Shown here: positions 8,127 through 17,124 of the stretch, piece by piece
How positions within the stretch are numbered: the first letter of the stretch is position 1
How the letters are laid out: every line of letters begins with the position of its first letter
DNA from: an uncultured delta proteobacterium
GTDB taxonomy: Bacteria; Myxococcota; Kuafuiibacteriia; Kuafuiibacteriales; Kuafuiibacteriaceae
Direction of reading: 5' to 3'
DNA: 64,000 bases
Assembly: GCA_963803435.1 (NCBI GenBank)
Contig: CAWDML010000006.1
Span: 64,001 to 128,000 of the forward strand
Made by a program: the position numbers and the translations under genes
Notes under the pieces: model-generated
Told to the model about the DNA's origin: nothing
Database searches by the model: none
What the model saw: only the letters and a program-made list of their open reading frames with translations

Positions 8127-10361
8127 ATGCCGAACACGATTCCCACTCGATCGAACAACGTGGATGCAGCCGCCGAGGCCGCCCGCCGCGCCGCTGAGAC
8201 CGCTGCCAAACCCCACACCCTCGCGCCGGCCAATCACACGGGGGTCAACGCGATCAACCCGGGCTCCACTCCGGAGATCCGCCGACCGGTCGTCACGACC
8301 ACGACCACCACCGGTGGAACCAGCGCCGTTCCCGGCCCGGCGTACAGCGTCCCGAGCACCGGAGAGCCGCAGGCGATCGCCCGCGCGTTCCAACCCGAGG
8401 GGATCAACAAGAAGCTGATCGTCGACGGCTCGAAGCTGAGCGTCGCGGCGATCAACGCGTCGTACGGGTACAACCTCACCGATCCGATGGATCTCACCAC
8501 CGCGCAATACCCGCTGAGCGCGAAGAAGCCGGTCGAGGGTGTCCTCGCCGCGATGCAGGCGATCCCTGGACAGGAGCAGGCGGTCGCGGCGCTGAAGGTT
8601 CTCCTCTCGAAGCTGCCCGAGGGTTTCATGGTGAAGGCGCCCTGGATGCAGTACTACAAGCACGACGGCACGCTCGGCACCCAGTACCTGCCGTTCTCAG
8701 CCGACCTTCGCGAGTTCTCCGCGCTTCTCCACTCCCCGCAGCTCATGCGCGAGGACGGACGCCCGCGCGGCGTGGTGATCAACACCAAGGAACACTTCCG
8801 CCAGATGAGCGTGAATACGAACGATCCGGCCGAGCTCTTCTCCGAGGATCGGGCCCAGCTCTGCACCACCCACGGTGGCGAGATGATCCCGGTGGTCGAG
8901 GACGACGGCAAGCAGTCCATGGCCTGGCCGAATCATCCGTACTCCTACGGAAAGATGGGTTCGCGGGGTGAGTACGGCGCGCTCCTGAACTTCTGGAGCC
9001 TCTCGAACATGGAGCTCGGCGTCGATCCGGTGGCGAAGTACGGCGCCGCGAAGTGGGCCGACATCGAGCCCTCGTACTACGAGCAGGCCCACACCATCGC
9101 AGCCCTTCAGGTTGGCGCCGTGGATTTCTCCTCGAGCGATCCGCGCCCCGACAACAGCGACTACTCGTTCAACATCACCGAGCTCACCGACGAGCAGAAG
9201 ATCGTCCAGTACGAGGCTGCGCTCACGTCGAAGGAGAACCGGGCCGAGAAGCTGTCCGCCTGGACGAAGTACTGCATGGAAGCGGTGCGGGACAGCGTCG
9301 AGGTCGGCGCCCGTCCGATCAACGAGAAGTCGACGCGACGCCCCGAGGGCGAGGGCCGGCTCGATCCCGTCGCGTTCCGCATCTTCAAGGACATGGAGAA
9401 GACCTTCAACGACGCGGGCGGCAAGGAGAACCCGAGCGCCGGTTGGGAGGCCCTCGAGCGAGAGGGGTTCGTCGACTTCAACCGCATGAAGCAGAACAAC
9501 TGCCATCGCGTCCCGTTCAAGCTCGCGCACCCGGACGCGGATCCGGTCTCCGATCTGAAGCCGAAGGGGATGCGGACCGAGGGTTTCGGCAAGAACACCA
9601 TGACCCGACCGGTTACGCTCGGCAGCCTCGTCGCGGGCCACCTCCAGGTGACGTTCCCGCGGGCGACGCTGGCAGAGCAGTACTCGGGCGAGCTCGCCAC
9701 GGCCCTCCAGGCCTGTGGTGGGGATGCCGCGGCCCAGCAGGCCGTGCTGGGTGGTGCCGTCGCGTTCGTGAAGGGCGTCGAGCAGAGCGTGCTCAAGGCG
9801 ATGGGTGATGGGGCGAAGCTCGCGAACCCGATCGACGTGAGCAACCCCGAGTCGATCATCCGCTGGTTCGGCATCGCTCAGAGCGCGATGACCCAGAAGT
9901 CGGTCATCGAGGGCGCGAACGACAAGCTGCTCGGCGCCATCCACTTCGAGGACATGGACCGCGACTCGCAGGGTGCCGTGAAGAAGCTGATGGGCGCGTA
10001 CATCGCGGCCGTCGCCGACTTCACCTTGACCCGACCGCAGCTCAACAAGCGGCTGGAGAACCTCGACAGCATGGCGGCGGCGACGGTGGTCACCTACCCG
10101 AGCTACACCGCAGTCTCCTACGACGATCACGGCGTTCCGACGTTCTCTGCGGGGGGCGGTCGCAAGGGATCGCTCGCCAGCTTCACCCCGCCTCACATCC
10201 TGCGCATGTCCTACCGGCGCTCCGGAGACAACGCAGGATCGGCCGGGAACACGGCGACGATCGGGTGGCAGCCGCTGTGCGACGCGATCCGCGGCGAGGA
10301 CGTCCTCGGCGACAACTGGAAGTCGGCCATCCCGGCTGGCGAGTACGCGGACAAGAGCTAA
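8127..10361 (+). CDS. 744-aa uncharacterised protein with disordered N-terminus; possible permuted papain-like domain
   Basis: AAGGAG RBS, long ORF with host-like codon use, no signal peptide; THGG and YCMEAV motifs. Confidence 0.85.
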   Translation: MPNTIPTRSNNVDAAAEAARRAAETAAKPHTLAPANHTGVNAINPGSTPEIRRPVVTTTTTTGGTSAVPGPAYSVPSTGEPQAIARAFQPEGINKKLIVDGSKLSVAAINASYGYNLTDPMDLTTAQYPLSAKKPVEGVLAAMQAIPGQEQAVAALKVLLSKLPEGFMVKAPWMQYYKHDGTLGTQYLPFSADLREFSALLHSPQLMREDGRPRGVVINTKEHFRQMSVNTNDPAELFSEDRAQLCTTHGGEMIPVVEDDGKQSMAWPNHPYSYGKMGSRGEYGALLNFWSLSNMELGVDPVAKYGAAKWADIEPSYYEQAHTIAALQVGAVDFSSSDPRPDNSDYSFNITELTDEQKIVQYEAALTSKENRAEKLSAWTKYCMEAVRDSVEVGARPINEKSTRRPEGEGRLDPVAFRIFKDMEKTFNDAGGKENPSAGWEALEREGFVDFNRMKQNNCHRVPFKLAHPDADPVSDLKPKGMRTEGFGKNTMTRPVTLGSLVAGHLQVTFPRATLAEQYSGELATALQACGGDAAAQQAVLGGAVAFVKGVEQSVLKAMGDGAKLANPIDVSNPESIIRWFGIAQSAMTQKSVIEGANDKLLGAIHFEDMDRDSQGAVKKLMGAYIAAVADFTLTRPQLNKRLENLDSMAAATVVTYPSYTAVSYDDHGVPTFSAGGGRKGSLASFTPPHILRMSYRRSGDNAGSAGNTATIGWQPLCDAIRGEDVLGDNWKSAIPAGEYADKS

Positions 10362-10409
10362 CGAGCTGCCGGCGGTCCAACTCGCAACGCGTCACGCCGT
10401 TGGCAAGGC

Positions 10410-10570
10410 CCCGGCCTCCTGGAGGTCGTCGAGGTGCCGGACGGCGCCACCGCGATCGCCGTGAAGGTCGACAAGGCGCTCACCCAAGCGTGCTATCAGG
10501 TCAAGGCCGTGCGCGGCACGCTCGTCTCCGATGCCCTTGCCGCGCAGTGCGTCACCACCCCGACGGCCCG
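10410..10570 (+). pseudogene. Short fragment of a beta-rich (fibronectin-III-like) coding sequence
   Basis: LLEVVEVPDGATAIAVKVDKALTQACYQVKAVRGTLVSD; no clear start or end. Confidence 0.3.
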
Positions 10571-10616
10571 GTGTCGCCGCCGACCGGCGATGCGGCCACA
10601 CCTCAATGGCAGGGAT

Positions 10617-10916
10617 TCAGGCGTCGTCGCGCCACCAGGCGCCGGAACGCAGATCTTCCGGGATGTCCGGATCGTCCGGGCGCAAACCTCGTCGCTCGAG
10701 CTCGTCGAACCATTCGTCGCGCAGGCTCGACGGCAGTTCCTTGCCGCACCAGGGGCAATGTCGGATGAGCAGAACGGCCGATCCGCCGTCGAGGATGCGC
10801 AGACCGTACTCCTGCAACTTGTCGTTGTAGACGATCGGCACGTCGGCGTCGGCGAGCGCGGCGAGCATGTCCGGGCAATGGTGTGGCGGCAGCGGTGCCG
10901 GCGTGCCCTCGGTCAT
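10617..10916 (-). CDS. Putative immunity protein (Cys-rich, DUF6980-like)
   Basis: HHCPDM...IVYNDKLQEYGLRILDGGSAVLLIRHCPWCGKELPSSLRDEWFDELE; ATGA overlap with the toxin stop. Confidence 0.75.
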   Translation of the reverse strand: MTEGTPAPLPPHHCPDMLAALADADVPIVYNDKLQEYGLRILDGGSAVLLIRHCPWCGKELPSSLRDEWFDELERRGLRPDDPDIPEDLRSGAWWRDDA

Positions 10917-11120
10917 AGATCGATCGTCCTTCCCCTCACCGCCGGTTTTATCATCTCGCCGGAAACGGCATGCATCGATCCGAGGTGCTCGCCGCGGGAA
11001 TTGTACACCTCGATGTCGCCGTGCGTGAAATCCCATTCATAATATCGGTCGCCGTCGGTCTTGGTCCGACCGGAATATCCGCGCAGACCCGTCCAGATCG
11101 GTGAGTCGCCCGGAGCTCCC
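10913..11120 (-). pseudogene. Orphan colicin E3/cloacin-type ribonuclease toxin tip
   Basis: SPIWTGLRGYSGRTKTDGDRYYEWDFTHGDIEVYNSRGEHLGSMHAVSGEMIKPA matches the YEWDxxHGxxExY..G.HLG signature. Confidence 0.8.
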
Positions 11121-11124
11121 GAAT

Positions 11125-11287
11125 GGCCCTCCTCAACATTGCCGATCCGGTTGTGGTCGGTGATCGAGACGACCTGGAGGCCCTTAGCGATCGCGGTGGT
11201 GACGATCGCGGCGGGAGTCATCGCTGCGCCCGTGACGTCGTAGGATCCACCTCGACCGTACGAACGGATATGCAGGTCTGCGCGACG
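11125..11287 (-). pseudogene. PHP-domain N-terminal fragment (TrlF/Ppl-like), in frame with the toxin tip
   Basis: RADLHIRSYGRGGSYDV...MTPAAIVTTAIAKGLQVVSITDHN. Confidence 0.65.
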
Positions 11288-11329
11288 AAGCGTGCGCCGC
11301 GGGCCGCCGCGTGGAGCACCGCCGCGAGC

Positions 11330-11570
11330 TGGGCCGCGTCGCCAACTCCGCTTCCGCACCGAAGCGATCCACCAGCACGAAGACGCCTCCTGATCGCAGC
11401 ACGCGCAGCGCCTCCCTGAGCGCCACCAGTGGGCCGCGCATCGTCTCGCCGGCCGGCGCGCGCACCTCGTGGAAACACATCACCGAGACGACGGCGTCGA
11501 AGCTCGCGTCGGGAAGCTCGAGACGGGCAGCATCCATCCGTCGAAACGTCGCGCGAAGCCCCCGGCTCGA
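11330..11570 (-). pseudogene. Class I SAM-dependent methyltransferase C-terminal fragment
   Basis: DAARLELPDASFDAVVSVMCFHEV...ALREALRVLRSGGVFVLVD; motif I absent. Confidence 0.7.
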
Positions 11571-11626
11571 AAGGATTAGATCATCCCCACCGAGTTCGAC
11601 ACGGGGTACGAGCCGCGGAGCCGCTT

Positions 11627-11830
11627 CCTCTCGAGCGAGCCTGCGAGCGGGCCGAGATCCCGAAGTGCACCCCCAACGACCTCCGACGAACCTGCGCCAC
11701 CTGGCTCCGCGCGCAGGGCGTCTCCGTCGAGTTCCTCGCGCCGCTGATGGGGCACGCAGACGGCCGCATGGTGAAGCGCGTCTACGGCCGCCTCACCGCA
11801 AGCCAGCTTGCAGCTCGCCTCGCCGCCGAG
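11627..11830 (+). pseudogene. Tyrosine integrase C-terminal remnant
   Basis: RACERAEIPKCTPNDLRRTCATWL...LMGHADGRMVKRVY (box II, GH, catalytic Y); lies about 110 bp from the tRNA 3' end. Confidence 0.85.
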
Positions 11831-11940
11831 ACCGGCTCCGACTCTTCCACCCGGTGTACCAAGCGCCGTGGATTCAGCCGGATCCATCGGACTCGCTGGA
11901 CCGGATGCGGTCTCGGAAGTAGGCGAAAAGAGTCGGAAGG

Positions 11941-12016
11941 TGGTGCCCAGTCCCGGACTCGAACCAGGGACACGCGGATTTTCAGTCCACTGCTCTACCA
12001 ACTGAGCTAACTGGGC
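11941..12016 (-). tRNA. tRNA-Phe (GAA)
   Basis: GCCCAGT acceptor stem, TAGCTCAGTTGGTAGAGC D-arm, CTGAAAA anticodon loop, GTTCGAGTC T-loop, encoded CCA; 76 nt. Confidence 0.97.
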
Positions 12017-12053
12017 ACCGATGGGGCGCCGTTCATACAAAACAGACGAGTGA

Positions 12054-13982
12054 TTGCCAAGGGAGAAATTCCCTCTGCTACGCTCCGCTTCCGTGGGTGC
12101 GGCGGTCCTCTCGCTCGTGCTGGTGCTGGGGGCGCAGGTCGGGACGGCGACGATCGCCGCGACGGCGACGACGGCGACGGCGACGATGGAGCGCGACTCG
12201 CTGGATGCGCTGCTCGAGGACCTGGGGGAGGGTCCGTTGAGTCATGCGGATCTGGAGATGCTGGCGCGGTTGCGGGCGGCGACGGGGACGGTGGCGCGGA
12301 CGGCGTCGGTGGCGTGGGCGGCGCCGGGGCCGTTGGTGCATCCGGTGTATCGGACGGGGGTGAGGGCGCGGCGGGAGACGGTGGCGCGGTCGACGCGTGA
12401 GGCGTTGGACGCGCTGGTCGTGCCGGCGGTGTCGTTTCGGATGTCGCGGCGGCGGGTGCTGTACGAGGGGCTGCTGCTGGCGCCGATGGCGGAGGGTGTG
12501 CTCGATGCGAGCGTGCGGATGTTCGATCGGGTGGAGGTGACGCCGTCGGCGTCGGTGCGGGATCAGGCGGCGGGGGCGGCGGGGACGATCGCTCTCTATG
12601 GGGCGGAGCCGGAGGTCGGGATCCATCCGGAGGGGGCGATCGAGGCGCGATCGGCGGACCGGTCCTCGGATGTGTTCGTGGCGGTGGGCGGCGGGGTCGG
12701 GAGCGCGCGGGGGCGGGTCGCGGTCGGCTATGACGACATGCGGGCGCTGCGGACGCCCGATGGATCCGATCCCACGAACAGCGAGCAGCGCTGGCTGGCG
12801 TCGGTTCGTGGGGTGCTGTTCGACGGGGATCCGGTGCGGGTCACGGTGGGCGGCGATCTGGATCGCGCGCTCAACACGCGTGCGCCGAACATGCCGGGGG
12901 TGGCGCGCCTCGATCAGCGGGCGCTCGGCTTTCTCAGGGTGGAGCTGGGCTCGGCGACGTGGGGGGCGAGGCTCACGGGCGGCTACCAAGGGCTGCGGCA
13001 GCATCAGGAGCTGGACCCGCTGGTGAGGTTCGACGTCAGCGCGGATCTATACCAGGCGCAGCTCGCGCTCTACGGGGCGCCCTACGACTGGTTGCGTCTG
13101 GAGGCCGGCGGCGACGTCGCGATCGGGAGCGGGCGCGCGCCGGACGAGGTGCGACGGCGGGAGCTCGAGGGCTACGTCATGGGCACGCTGCTGTTCGATC
13201 GGCTGGAGGCTCAGCTCGGGCTTCGGATCGCGCAGCAACACTCCGAGGAGGGGACGCTCGGCACCGACGCCCTGCGACCGTTGCCGCAACTCGACTTGCA
13301 TTTGCCGATCGCCGGGCCGGTCGGGGTGCGCGCTTCGTTCGCCATGGGGATGACGCTGCCGGGGAGAGGCCTGTTCGCGCCGATGGGGCGGTTCCTCAAG
13401 CCCGAGACCACCGTGACGGTCGAGGCCGGACCCACGCTTCGTGCAGACGGCTACTGGGCCGATCTGACGGCGTTCGCCGCCTGGATCCATCAGCCGCTGG
13501 AGCCGATGCCGGATCCGCTGCCGATCACCGACACGCCGGCGCTGGTGCGGGCGCTCGGCGTCGATCTCGACGGAGCAGCCGGGCTGATCCGCAACCTCGA
13601 TCTCGCGTTCACCACCAGCCTGGCCGAGGTCGTCGATCGCCGGACCGGCGCCGCCACCTATGCGCTCCCGGTGCTCTCGGGTCTGGTCGCGCTGCGCTAC
13701 CGCTTTGGGTTCCGAAACGCGCATCTCGAGGTGCACGCGCGCGCCGCCACCGGTCCGTTGACCTTGATCGGCGACGCGCCCATCGAGCCCTGGATGCTCG
13801 GCGGCCAGCGACCGAAGGCGTTCCTCCGGGCGGGGCTCCTGGGCGGGCTCGATCTCGGCTACGGCTTCACGCTCGATCTCGCGGTGGAGAACGCGATCGA
13901 TCGGCGCTATCGGCTGCAGACGCGCGACGAGCCCGGCGGAGGGATCGACGTCCGCGCGGCGCTGACCTGGAAGCTCTACTGA
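12054..13982 (+). CDS. Divergent TonB-dependent-receptor-like outer-membrane beta-barrel
   Basis: Signal-like N-terminus, degenerate plug FDRVEVTP..AAGTIAL, LKPETT, C-terminal LAVENAIDRRY...GIDVRAALTW; exact start uncertain. Confidence 0.65.
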   Translation: MPREKFPLLRSASVGAAVLSLVLVLGAQVGTATIAATATTATATMERDSLDALLEDLGEGPLSHADLEMLARLRAATGTVARTASVAWAAPGPLVHPVYRTGVRARRETVARSTREALDALVVPAVSFRMSRRRVLYEGLLLAPMAEGVLDASVRMFDRVEVTPSASVRDQAAGAAGTIALYGAEPEVGIHPEGAIEARSADRSSDVFVAVGGGVGSARGRVAVGYDDMRALRTPDGSDPTNSEQRWLASVRGVLFDGDPVRVTVGGDLDRALNTRAPNMPGVARLDQRALGFLRVELGSATWGARLTGGYQGLRQHQELDPLVRFDVSADLYQAQLALYGAPYDWLRLEAGGDVAIGSGRAPDEVRRRELEGYVMGTLLFDRLEAQLGLRIAQQHSEEGTLGTDALRPLPQLDLHLPIAGPVGVRASFAMGMTLPGRGLFAPMGRFLKPETTVTVEAGPTLRADGYWADLTAFAAWIHQPLEPMPDPLPITDTPALVRALGVDLDGAAGLIRNLDLAFTTSLAEVVDRRTGAATYALPVLSGLVALRYRFGFRNAHLEVHARAATGPLTLIGDAPIEPWMLGGQRPKAFLRAGLLGGLDLGYGFTLDLAVENAIDRRYRLQTRDEPGGGIDVRAALTWKLY

Positions 13983-16225
13983 TTGAGGCGGACCTTGTAC
14001 TCGATGTTCTGGCCGGGCGGCGCGTTGAACCACTCCGACCAGTTCATGCCGTCGAGGCTCACGCGCAGGAGGTAACGGCCTTCGTAGATCTCGACCGGGT
14101 CGAGCGGGGCCTCGCCGATCACGCGCGAGTTCAGGCTGATCTTGGCGCCGTCGGGCGCGCGCACGGTGAGGCGGCTCTTGCCGAACTCCAGGCTGCTCTT
14201 GCGGTCCTGGTCGGGATCGATGCGGTACGTCCGATACTTGTTGATCCCGGTCTTGGCGTCGGTGAAGCGCAGCTTGTGGGATCCGGTCGTGAGCCGGACC
14301 GTCAGCGGCGTCCGGCCCAGGCGGTCGTTGCCGTCGTAGACGTCGACGTTGGGCTCCGACTCGATCGAGAGCTGGCCGAGCTTCGGCTTCACGTCGGTCG
14401 TGTCCACCGGAGTCGCCGGCGTTGGGTCCGGCGTGTCAGGCGGCGCGTCGGGATCGACGTCGGTCTCGTCCGGCGCCTGGCGCGTCAGCGCCTCGCGGAC
14501 CACGGCCGAAGGGATCTTCGAGTTCTCGGAGGGCGTGTCGATGCCTGCGGGCGGCTCCTTGGGAAAGGCGAAGATGAAGATCAACAGACCGGCAGCGGCC
14601 GCGAGCACCATGTAGAGCAGCGCGCGGGACGAGTCGCCGGCGCGCTGGTTGAACTGGGTGATCGACGACTCCTCGCGCATCGGCGCCCGCGGCACCGGCT
14701 GGGGCGCCGGCAGCGGGACGTTCTTGACCGGGACGTTCTGGAGCAAGCCGGCTTGCACCTGCCGCTCCAGCTGCACCTGCTGCAGGTGCTGTTGCATCTG
14801 CATCTGCTGCATCTGCTCGGGCGTCGGATACACGGCGACCTGCGAGCCTCCGTTCGCGGGGCGCACCGGTGAGGCTGGCGGTGGCGTGTACATCGCCGGA
14901 GGCGGCAGCGGCGCGGGCGCGGGCGCGAACACCTGGGCCGGCGGTGCCTGCGGCGGCGCAGCAGGTTGCAAGGGAACTTGCGCCGCCCAGGCCTCGGGGA
15001 CGGCCGGTGCGGGCGGCGGCGAGAACGGCGGAAGCGCCTCGGCGACGGTCCGCTCCTCGTCCTTGTCCGGCTGCGGGAGCCCGGCCGGCTGATCCAGCAA
15101 GGTGTCGCGGCGCGGAAGCGGAGCGCGCTCGATCGGCGGCTCGTCCCGCGGATCGCGCGCGACCGCCACCAGCGTCGAGACCGGTCCGGGGCGTGAAGCC
15201 TCGAAGAGGGCCTGATCCACGCCTTCCGGCGCCTCCGCGGGCCGGGAGAGCACGGTGATCATGTCCGGGTCCTTGGCGGACTCCAGCAGCGATCGACGGC
15301 CCTCTCGCTCGGGCGCGTTGTACGGGATCAGCTCGTTGACCAGCGTCGAGATCTCCTGGTGCGTCGCGATCGTGGTGCCCTCGTCCTGGGTGGCCTTGAG
15401 GATCGCGTCGCGCATCAGCTCGACGCTCTCGAACCGCTGCGCACCGCGCTTGGCCAGCGCCGTGACCGCGATGTTGCCCAGCCGGCCGGCGAGGCCCGGG
15501 GCGTCGATCATCTGGGGCTCGGTGGTGAGTACGGCGCGCTCGAGATCTTCCACCCCGGCGAACGGCGGGCCGCCCGACAGGAGCTCGTAGAGCACCGCGC
15601 CGATCGCGTAGACGTCGGTCGACGGGCTGGCCGTCGCCTTGCCGCCGATGATCTGCTCGGGCGCGAAGTAGACGAACTTCGATCGGATCGGCACGCCGTG
15701 CTGCGTCGGTGCCATCACCGAAGCGCCGTAGCCGGTGACCATCGAGATCCCCTGGAAGGTCAGCAGCAACGTGTCGGGTCGGATCCCGCCATGGACGATG
15801 GGTCGTCCTGCATATCGTGACTGGCCTTCCTCGTGGGCGAAGTGAACTCCCTCACAGACGTCGACCGCCACCCGCGCCGCCATCCGGGCGTCAAACGGGC
15901 GCTCGGCCTCTCGGGCTTTGCCGAGGATCTGGTGGAGCGGCTCGCCATCGACGAACGCGACCACGCGCGCCCATCCTTCTTCGAAGCACTCGAGGCCGAA
16001 GACACGAATGATGTTGGGATGCTTGAGCTGGGTGACGAACGCGGTCTCACGCTGGAGGCGCGCGACTCGGGAGGGATCGGAGGTGACATCGTCCGGGAGC
16101 CACACCACGACGACCGGGCGGTCGCGCTTCGGCTCGCCGTCGATGACCTCGACGCCCATGAAGGCGCGGGTTTCGGCTCCAGACAACAGAGGGCCGAGAA
16201 CGCCGTATTGCCTGCTGCTGGCCAT
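13976..16225 (-). CDS. Membrane pseudokinase with Pro/Gln-rich linker and PEGA domains
   Basis: Kinase fold (LKHPNIIRVF, YFAPEQ, DVYAIG) but VVVW for VAIK, HGG for HRD, GYG for DFG; TM segment; LGRTPL and IGEAPL PEGA motifs. Confidence 0.85.
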   Translation of the reverse strand: MASSRQYGVLGPLLSGAETRAFMGVEVIDGEPKRDRPVVVVWLPDDVTSDPSRVARLQRETAFVTQLKHPNIIRVFGLECFEEGWARVVAFVDGEPLHQILGKAREAERPFDARMAARVAVDVCEGVHFAHEEGQSRYAGRPIVHGGIRPDTLLLTFQGISMVTGYGASVMAPTQHGVPIRSKFVYFAPEQIIGGKATASPSTDVYAIGAVLYELLSGGPPFAGVEDLERAVLTTEPQMIDAPGLAGRLGNIAVTALAKRGAQRFESVELMRDAILKATQDEGTTIATHQEISTLVNELIPYNAPEREGRRSLLESAKDPDMITVLSRPAEAPEGVDQALFEASRPGPVSTLVAVARDPRDEPPIERAPLPRRDTLLDQPAGLPQPDKDEERTVAEALPPFSPPPAPAVPEAWAAQVPLQPAAPPQAPPAQVFAPAPAPLPPPAMYTPPPASPVRPANGGSQVAVYPTPEQMQQMQMQQHLQQVQLERQVQAGLLQNVPVKNVPLPAPQPVPRAPMREESSITQFNQRAGDSSRALLYMVLAAAAGLLIFIFAFPKEPPAGIDTPSENSKIPSAVVREALTRQAPDETDVDPDAPPDTPDPTPATPVDTTDVKPKLGQLSIESEPNVDVYDGNDRLGRTPLTVRLTTGSHKLRFTDAKTGINKYRTYRIDPDQDRKSSLEFGKSRLTVRAPDGAKISLNSRVIGEAPLDPVEIYEGRYLLRVSLDGMNWSEWFNAPPGQNIEYKVRLNQ

Positions 16226-16393
16226 TTTCGGGCTCATCCTATCCGATGAAGGCCTGAGCAGAACAACTTCTTGACCGAGGGCGGCCTCCCACTGGTCGAG
16301 CGCCGCCTCAACTCTCGGGAAACATTGCTGCTTCCAGGTGAGCGCCGCCACGAGACACGGGGAGACCGGCGATCCGGAGTAGAGTTCCAGCGC

Positions 16394-16906
16394 ATGCGGA
16401 GCTCTCTCGGTCTCAGCCTCAGCGCATTCTTGGTCGCCTGCGCCGGCTCGAAGTCAGCCGCGCCCCCACCGCCGCCGCCCCCGTCCGCGCGACCTGCGCC
16501 GCCCGAAGGTCCCACCCGCACCGACTTCCAGGACATGGCGAAGACGCTGGTCAAGCAGTGCGTGGCCGGCGGCTGGATCAGTCGATGGCGCTCCGAGCAA
16601 CCGGACGTCGACGTCGCGAAGCCCAAGATTCACCTCGCAGAGTTCGAGGACAAGACCGGACAGGATCTCGATTCGACCTATCTTCAATCGGTGCTGGAGA
16701 AGCGGATGCGCATGTCGGGTGTGTTCGACATGGTGCCCGACGATCAAGGGTCGGACTTCATCGGACGTGGTCGCCTCCTGCGTCTCGCGGAACGAAGTCC
16801 CAGGGGCAAACGCTTCTCCGTGTACACCGTCACGCTCGAGCTGATCGATCCCGGATCCGATCGCATCGCGTATTCGTGTGAAGCGACGGTGCAAGGCGAG
16901 CTGTGA
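16394..16906 (+). CDS. LpoB-like lipoprotein
   Basis: LVAC lipobox, Pro-rich linker, DFQDMAKTLV...KPKIHLAEFEDKTGQDLDS...SGVF...YTVTLELID. Confidence 0.7.
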   Translation: MRSSLGLSLSAFLVACAGSKSAAPPPPPPPSARPAPPEGPTRTDFQDMAKTLVKQCVAGGWISRWRSEQPDVDVAKPKIHLAEFEDKTGQDLDSTYLQSVLEKRMRMSGVFDMVPDDQGSDFIGRGRLLRLAERSPRGKRFSVYTVTLELIDPGSDRIAYSCEATVQGEL

Positions 16907-16923
16907 TCCGCATCCGTCGGTCG

Positions 16924-17100
16924 GACGAACGGTTGTCACTCGGGCGCGCGCGCCTTCACCTTGAACCGTGGCTCAAGAGAGAGGGTCGAGCCAGCGGGAG
17001 CTGGAAGATCTCAAACAAACCAAGGAAGAAACGACGACCGAGGACGTCACGACGGAGGATGTCTCCTCCGAGGTGACGGACGATCTCAACCCGGTTCGTC
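16924..17100. ncRNA. Candidate structured small RNA between convergent genes
   Basis: Nested pairings by eye: GACGAAC-GGTTG/CAACC-CG-GTTCGTC, CTCGG/CCGAG, CCTTG/CAAGG, CCAGC-GGGA-GCTGG, GTCAC..CGGAGGA/TCCTCCG..GTGAC; A-rich loop. Confidence 0.4.
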
Positions 17101-17124
17101 AACGTTTCGACAGCAGCACGTGGA

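Noticed and set aside
3700-11940. Duplicated tRNA 3' end (att site) marking the far island boundary
   Set aside because: No second copy of TGGTGCCCAGTCCCGG was found by eye; the left boundary remains undefined.
12140-12186. GACGGC-type short tandem repeat
   Set aside because: It encodes a Thr/Ala linker after the signal peptide; ordinary low complexity.
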